A DNA stretch of 60,000 bases from Mobula hypostoma (taxonomy: Eukaryota). Below are positions 52,570 to 60,000 of this stretch, piece after piece. The translations under genes were made by a program, and so were the position numbers. The first letter of the stretch is position 1. Each line of letters opens with the position of its first letter. The stretch covers positions 44,766,001 to 44,826,000 of the forward strand of contig NC_086108.1 in NCBI RefSeq assembly GCF_963921235.1. Reading direction: 5' to 3'. Below the pieces are notes generated by a model, which worked only from the letters and a program-made list of their open reading frames with translations, was not told where the DNA came from and searched no databases.

Positions 52570-53866
52570 TTACACCCCTAGTGGTTGACGTTCCAAACTT
52601 GTTAAATGCTAAGTGAAGCAGAATAATCGTTATGATTGGGTTTTTAAATTCTAGAAATTTGAAAAAATGGATGGAAAAGAAGCAGGAAAATAAGATTTGT
52701 TAACATGAGAAATTGGCATGGATTTCTGGAAAGGAAGTCATCTGATCAATGTACTAGATTACACTGCAAAATTGTTTAAAATAAAAAAAAGTAAAAATAG
52801 TGGAAAGCCAATGGATGTGCTGTACATGAATTTTCAGATAACTTTACACTCTAACCTTTGCCTTTAAAAACTAAAGAGCATGATTATTAGAATAATGGCA
52901 TGATCAAAAATTGGTTGACAAGTGTCACAATTGGAATAAAATGACTGGCAATAATAATTATAAATAGCACCATAATCAGTATTTGGGCCTTAGCTCTTCA
53001 CAATATATCAATGATTTAGATGAGGGAAGAAATTTAATTACCTGAAGTTTGACATTAATATAAAATTTAGTGGAATTGAGTTGCAAGGAGGCTCGAGGTG
53101 ATTTAGAGTTTGAACAAGTGCACAAAGAATTGGCAGATGCATGCAACATTCATAATTGTTGTCCACTTTAGTAGGAGAGAATGGTGGTGAATTATTTGAA
53201 TTATGTGGTAAATGGTAAGCATTCTTGTGTTCCACATACTGAAAGCAAAACCCAGGTGTTGTAAAGTGTACTTGGGTTTAGCATTGGGGATGCTAAACCC
53301 AAGTTTAGCACCCAAGTGTGGGGGGCGGTGGGACCCAAACAGCACATACAGGAGGGGTGAGGGGAGGGTAGGGCTGGGAAGGGGAAAGGAGACAAAGTGG
53401 TAGGGTTTCCTTTGCTTTTTGCTTGTTTACTATGTATACATTCATTTGACTTTCATTATGTTGTTATAAAAGAAAAAAAGCAGCATTGTACTTTAAGCTG
53501 ATGTTGCTTCACAATAAAAACATTTGAAAACAGGAATCCGTTCTTTTTCATTTGTTAGTATTGTGAAATTGAATGTTTCAGAAAGCAGTAATTTATCAAG
53601 CATATCCCACCACCAGCCCTAACTGAAAATTTCATTTAAACTTTTAGTAATTAGTACAATTTATATTAAAACATAAAATACAAAGTTACCTGTCCTCATT
53701 TTCAAACCATCATATCCCAGTCATAGCAATTCAAACTGAGAAAATTATCAAGATGAAAATGAAAACTACTCAGATCAATATACAATTAGGCTTGATCATA
53801 TGAAAAAGTCAAAGAAAGCTTTCTCAGTAGATTATACCAGTACTGAAAACTCTGCCAACATGTGGT

Positions 53867-53932
53867 TTAACTTTGGTTTTGCAAAATTAATCGTACTTCT
53901 TCTGGTTTGTATCCCCAAGGTCCCACGTCACC
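53867..53932 (-). CDS. DIO1: DIO1 copy B exon 4 coding part
   Basis: tttcag| GDVGPWGYKPEEVRLILQNQS*. Confidence 0.92.
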   Translation of the reverse strand, partial: GDVGPWGYKPEEVRLILQNQS

Positions 53933-54972
53933 CTGAAATACATGTAAATATATAGTTATGAGAAATTAAGCACCATTGCTTTCAGAGATTGACAGTGTTT
54001 TGATCTGCCTTGTCTGATTCATACCTGTGACAGATCAATTTGTCTCACTCTTCTCTTCAGTAACATTTTACTCCGTGATTACTGCTAGAAACACAAGACA
54101 TCTTTGAGTCTGTAACCCTAAAGTTCCATTTTATGACAAATTAATGGAAAATAATGGCAATTTAATGTGCTGGGTGGGCAGGGGGTTGTGGTGGTGGGGT
54201 TAAGGTTCCAGTACCTATTAAATGCTCCTAATGGTTTGCGTCCCAAATAGTGTCTGACAACTAAGTCCAGCTCCTTGCCTTCATGTGTGGCTTAGCTACT
54301 AAGCTGGGTGGAACACTTTCTACTGGCAAGAGAAAGGGCAAAAGTGGGTTACTGGTGCCTTAAAACCAGTCGCTCTGGGCAGAAAGGGCTCATAGAAATA
54401 TAGAAAACCTACTGCACAATGCAGGCCCTTCGGCCCACAAAGTTGTGCTGAACATGTCCCTACCTTAGAAATTACTAGGCTTACCAATAGCCCTCTATTT
54501 TTCCAAGCTCCATGTACCTATCCAAAAGTCTCTTAAAAGACCCTATCGTATCTGCCTCCATCACCATTGCCAGCAGCCCATTCCACGCATTCACCATTCT
54601 CTGCATTACAAAAAAAACTTACCCCGACATCTCCCCTGTACCTACTCTCCAGCACCTGAAACCTGTGTCCTCTTGTGGCAACTATCTCAGCCCTGCGAAA
54701 AAGCCTCTGACAATCTGCACAATCAATGGCTCTCATCATCTTATACACCTCTAACAGGTAACCTCTCATCCTCCGTCACTCCGAGGAGAAAAGGCCAAGC
54801 TCACTCAACCTGTTGTCATAAGGCATGCTCCCCAATCCAGGCAACATCCTTGTAAATCTCCTCTGCACCCTTTCCATGGTTTCCACATCCTTCCTGTAGT
54901 GAGGCGACCAGATCTGAGCACAATACTCCAAGTGGGGTCTGACCAGGGTCCTATATAGGCTGCAACATTACC

Positions 54973-55608
54973 ATAGAAACCATAACCATAGAAACTACAG
55001 CACAGAAACAGGCCTTTTGGCCTTTCTTGGCTGTGCCAAACCATTTTCTGCCTAGTCCCACTGACCTGCACACGGACCATATCCCTCCATACACCTCCCA
55101 TCCATGTATCTGTCCAATTTATTCTTAAGTGTTAAAAAAAATCGGCATTTACCACCTCATCTGGCAGCTCATTCCATACTCCCACCACTCTGTGTGAAGA
55201 AGCCCCCCCTAATGTTCCCTTTAAACTTCTCCCCCCTCACCCTAAACCCATGTCCTCTGGTGTTTTTCTCCCCTTGCCTCAGTGGAAAAAACCTGCTTGC
55301 ACTCACTCTATCTATACCCATCATAATTTTATATACCTCTATCAAATCTCCCCTCATTCTTCTACACTCCAGGGAATAAAGTCCTAACCTTTTCAACCTT
55401 TCTCTGTAACTGAGTTTCTCAAGTCCCGGCAACATCCTTATAAACCTTCTCTGCACTCTTTCAACCTTATTTATATCCTTCCTGTAATTTGGTGACCAAA
55501 ACTGAACACAATACTCCAGATTCGGCCTCACCAATGCCTTATACAAACTCATCATAACATTCCAGCTCATACTCGATTCTTTGATTAATAAAGGCCCATG
55601 TACCAAAA
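54973..55608 (-). mobile_element. Copy-B-specific CR1-type 3' insertion with attacc target duplication
   Basis: attacc at 54967-54972 and 55609-55614; absent at the matching site (~9260) in copy A; ORF 55169-55606. Confidence 0.85.
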
Positions 55609-58426
55609 ATTACCTCTCGGCTCTTAAGCTCAATCCCAGAATTGATGAAGGCCAATGCACCGGATGCCTTCTTAACCACAGGGTCAACCTGTGCAGCTGC
55701 TTTGAGCGTCCTATAGACTCAGACCCCAAGATCACTCTGATCCTCCACACTGCCAAGAGTCTTACCATTAATACTATATTCTGCCATCATATTTGACCTA
55801 CCAAAGTGAACCACCTCATTATCTGGGTTGAACTCCATCTGCCACTTCTCAGCCCAGTTTTGCGTCCTATCAATGTCCCGCTGTAACCTCTGACAGCCCT
55901 CCACACTATCCACAACACCTCCAACCTTTGTGTCATCAGCAAACTTACTAATCCATCCCTCCACCTCCTCATCCAGGTTCTTTATAAAAATCACGAAGAG
56001 TAGGGGTCCCAGAACAGATCCCTGAGGGACGCCACTGGTCACCGACTTCCACGCAGAATATGACCCGTCTGCAACCACTGTTTGCCTTCTGTGGGCAAGC
56101 CAGTTCTGGATCCACAAAGCAACGTCCCCTTGGATCCCATGCCTCCTTACTTTTGAGCATGGCTTGTTACCCATGGTTAGCATCCCACCTAGGAGGAAAT
56201 CTCTGATCTCAAACCGCCTGTCTTGTGGCAATACCCACTCACGGGGAAGGCTTCAGGAGTAAACCCCAAAGAAAAATCAGAGGCTGGGGTCCCTAATTGA
56301 CTGGCAGTTCCTGAGATGCAGCTGGTGTCAAGCTGTATCAGTTTCTGCCATTCCTTTGGATTCATCAGCTGCATGGAGAGGGGGAGCTGCTGCATGGGCA
56401 ACAGCTTGCTCTCCATATTGTACTGTCCTGGCTTGTGTATCATATAGACAGGTAGGATGCAACATCCATGGTCGGCCTCACTCGCTGTAGATTCATTGTG
56501 TCAATAGCATCAACAACATGTAAAAACCAGTTATTCAAAACGATTTTGAAATAGTATCCTGCTATTTGGTACAGTTTTCTTTAAATTTGAGCAAGTTAAT
56601 TCTACTGGTAAACTTGGATTGAAAAGTCAAAAACGCATTTACAGGACCACATGACACAGGAGCAGAATTAGGCCATTAAGTCCATTGAGTCTGCTCCAGC
56701 ATCCCATCTTGGCTGATTTATTATCCCTCTGAGCCCCATTCTCCTGTTCTTTCCCTGTAACCTTTGATATCCCTACCATTCAAGAACCTATCAAACTCTG
56801 CTTTAAATATACAAAGTGATTTGGCCTCCACAGCCATATGAAGCAACAAAATTCCAGTTTCACCACTTGCTGGTGAAAGAACTTCCTCCTCATCTCTGTT
56901 CCAAAGGGACAATCTTCTATTCTGAGGCTGTGCCCTCGAGGTACTAAAGTCCCCCAATACAAGATACATTCTCCCCAGTTCCACTCTATCTGGGCCTTTT
57001 AATATTCGATAGGTTTCAATGAGATCTCCCCCATCATTCTTTTAAAATCCAGTTCACCACATTTTTTGGAAACCATTGATTTTATTTTCCCCCTCATCCT
57101 TCTCATATTTACACAATCTTTCCTTTTGAGTTTTTCTATTCAATCACAAAAGACATGCGCAAAATGTAAAATTCCATGTTTACATTTTCCCAATTTAGAA
57201 AGCTCAATTGTGAATTTACTCAACTGTGCTATTTTAGTCTTGCCAACTTCTGGCACCATGCCAAGTCCCAAGACCCTCCCTTACCTTGCTTACATCCTCC
57301 TCTAATCAGAGAGAAAACACAATCAATTGAGATGTAAAGGGACTTGGAAGTCCTTGTGCAGGATTCCCTAAAGGTAAATTTGCAGGTCGAGTCTGATGAG
57401 CAAGGCAAATGCGATATTAGCATTCATTTCAAGTGGACAAGAATACAAAAGCAAAGATGCAGTGTTGAAGCTTTATAAAGCAGTGATGAAGCCTCACTTA
57501 AAGTATTGAGAGCAGGTTTGGGCCCCTTATCTTAGAAAGGATGTGCTGAAACTTGAGCGTTCAAAGGAGGTTCACGGAAATGATTCCAGGATTGAACTCT
57601 CAAACTCAGTGTCTGATGGCTGTGGGCTTGTATTCACTGGAATTCAGAAGGAAAAGTGGATCAGCCATGATGAAATGGCAGAGCAAACTCAATGGGCCAA
57701 ATGGCCTAATTCTGCTCCTATATCTTACAGTCTTATCAATTTTTTAAAATTTAATTAATTTGCTTGTTTATTGACATAGTGCGGACTAGGCCTTCTGGCC
57801 CTTTGAGCCATGCCATCCAGCAATCCCCCAATTTAATCCTATCCTAATCATGGGACAATTTACAATGTCCAATTACCCTACCAACTGGTACATCCTTGAA
57901 CCACACGATATGGGAAGAACATAGAAACTCCTTGCAAGCAGCAGTGGGAATGTCATGGATAAAAACCAGACTTTTTAGGTTTGAAATTTATTTTCATTAG
58001 GGGCAGCACAGTGGCTTAGAGTTTAGTGCAACACTGTTATAGTGCTGGTGATATGGGTTCACTTCCTGCTGCCATCTTGCAAGGAGTTTGTACGTTCTCC
58101 CCGTGACCATATAGGTTTCCTCCCACATTCCGAAGATGTGGCCAATTAACCACCCAACTCGTACATGGGTGTTACTGTGCAGTGCGGGTTGTTGGGCAGA
58201 AGGGCCTATTACCGTGCTGTATCTCTAAATAAATAATTTAGCTTATCTAGTATTAACCAACTCCCTCAGGAACAGGTAAGGTACAAATTAGAGTGCATTA
58301 GCCTTTGCATTGTACTTGGGTAGAAACAAAATGTCTGATAAAAGACTAGCAGTGAAGCTACTGATTTGGAATTAAGGATGGATTTAACATACAAAGTAAC
58401 GTTTGAGTGTCAGGATACTCAGTTAC

Positions 58427-58626
58427 CTTGTAAATGATTTTGCCATTGAGCACCACGTACAGTCTCTCTGGCATGGCTCCATATTTAGCACAAGTCATAT
58501 TATCCATAGAGTCAACTACAATTGGACAGGGAGGCTCCTCTTTTAGCAAGATCCTTGCTGCATTGATACGATCATTTAATGTTTGATGTTTTTTAATATC
58601 CACATTGTTCTTGAATGCCCAGACAT
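58427..58626 (-). CDS. DIO1: DIO1 copy B exon 3 (exons 1-2 would lie beyond the window)
   Basis: Identical to 12409-12608, splice sites intact. Confidence 0.93.
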
Positions 58627-60000
58627 CTGAAACAAACAAGTAATAAAATGAAGTAATCAATATAAAGGACCTCACAAAAATTGTCATTTTTGTTTGGAGA
58701 TAAAAACTGAGATGATTTATAATGAAACATTTGCAAAGATGCTAAATAAATGATTGAAAAGCCAAGGGTATAATTAAGTAAGGTAAAAGATAAAACAGGC
58801 AGTAATAATAGTGAGATAACACAAAACTTGGTTTTACATTTCCACCAGTTAAAGATGTGAGTGAAATCTATAACTAAGAAAGATAATTGTGGTTACAAAT
58901 CTTTTTTTCTAACACTTGAACTAAAGTACAACAGCCATACCTCAGAGCAGTGTCCCCAGCCCAACCATCTTCAACTGCTTCACCTATGACCTCCTTTCTA
59001 TGATATGGTTAATGGAGATGATTGCTGGCAACTGTACGATATTCAATTCCATTTACAACTTCTGTAAATAAAGTAGTTCAGATCTTCATGCAGCAGGACC
59101 TGGACAATGTGCAGGTATGAGTTGATAAGTAGCATTTAACAGTCACACCAAAGTAGCAAGCAATCACCATCTCTATTTGGGAGAATTCAACCATCTACCC
59201 TTGACATTTAATGCAATCACTGTTGCAGGGTTCCACACCATCAACCTTCAAGGGGGACTGACTAAAAACTTAGTTTTTAAGATAAAGTGTGGCTCGAGGA
59301 GCAGCTCAGAGACAGGGGATCTGAGATGCCAAAGCTTCTAAACATCTGCAATGCTCAAATCAAAAGAGCAATGAGATATCTGTTTTGATGCAAGTTCAGT
59401 ATCATCCAGGACAAAGCAAACCACTTAGCTGACATACTACTGGTACCAAAATAGCAGTACGGTGCCATCTGCAGTTACTTGCCTAATCTAACCTGAAAGC
59501 AGCTCCAAAACATATGACCTCTACCACCAAGCTTGACAAGAGTAGCAAGCATATTGAGGACACCACCTGCACGTTCCCCTTTAGGTCACATATCCTACCT
59601 TGGCAGTATATTGAAAAAAAGTCATTTTCAGTATGTCTAAGTACCAGGAACCCATGATCACTAGAATGGCTGGTTCAGGAAGCTGAATATTCTACATCCT
59701 GGCTGGCTGAATCATCTCCTGGTATAATAATTCCAACGCACAGGAATGCAAGAGGCTGCAGGAAGTACTGCCAGCACGAGAGCAACTCTCCCCACCACTG
59801 TAAGCATTTAAATGAAGAGCCACCTCAGAAGCAGCAACTTTCATCAAGGAATCCTCATCACCTGTAACTTGCTGTTACAGTCAAGCAGCAGATACAGAAG
59901 CCATCAGGTTCTTGAACCAATCTGCCAAAACCCTCATCCTACTTCAGCAAAACAGAATTCCTCTTGTACTACCATGGGCTTGCTACTGAGTGTGTGTGTT

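Larger units (their letters stand above)
46837..60000 (+). repeat. Tandem duplication unit B (continues past the window end); includes Rex1 part 46837-47656 and CR1 47657-49383
   Basis: Homology to 1157-13982 begins abruptly at aagggagat(c/g)aggctgagtacagg. Confidence 0.97.

Overview
Eukaryotic, repeat-rich vertebrate DNA. The repeat mix (CR1, Rex1/Babar, Penelope, V-SINE, Tigger, hAT-Charlie) suggests a cartilaginous fish, probably a ray (inference). The window covers the conserved IFT25(HSPB11) -> <- DIO1 <-> YIPF1 locus, tandemly duplicated with a period of about 45.7-46.0 kb. Left to right: (1) the last three exons of an apparently intact IFT25 (+); (2) a complete four-exon selenoprotein gene DIO1, copy A (-, 246 aa, Sec TGA at 14359-14357); (3) a YIPF1 copy disabled by frameshifts and stops (+); (4) the junction at ~46837 inside a Rex1-like element; (5) a frameshifted IFT25 3' fragment; (6) exons 4 and 3 of a second DIO1, copy B, which runs off the window. 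Both passenger genes have decayed while all visible DIO1 exons stay open. Both DIO1 copies carry an identical, well-paired SECIS-like hairpin whose normally invariant 3' GA is AA. Both read DVW instead of the usual DGW, and they differ at W/S231. Exon boundaries were read by eye from splice sites and remembered protein sequences; no alignments or searches were run.
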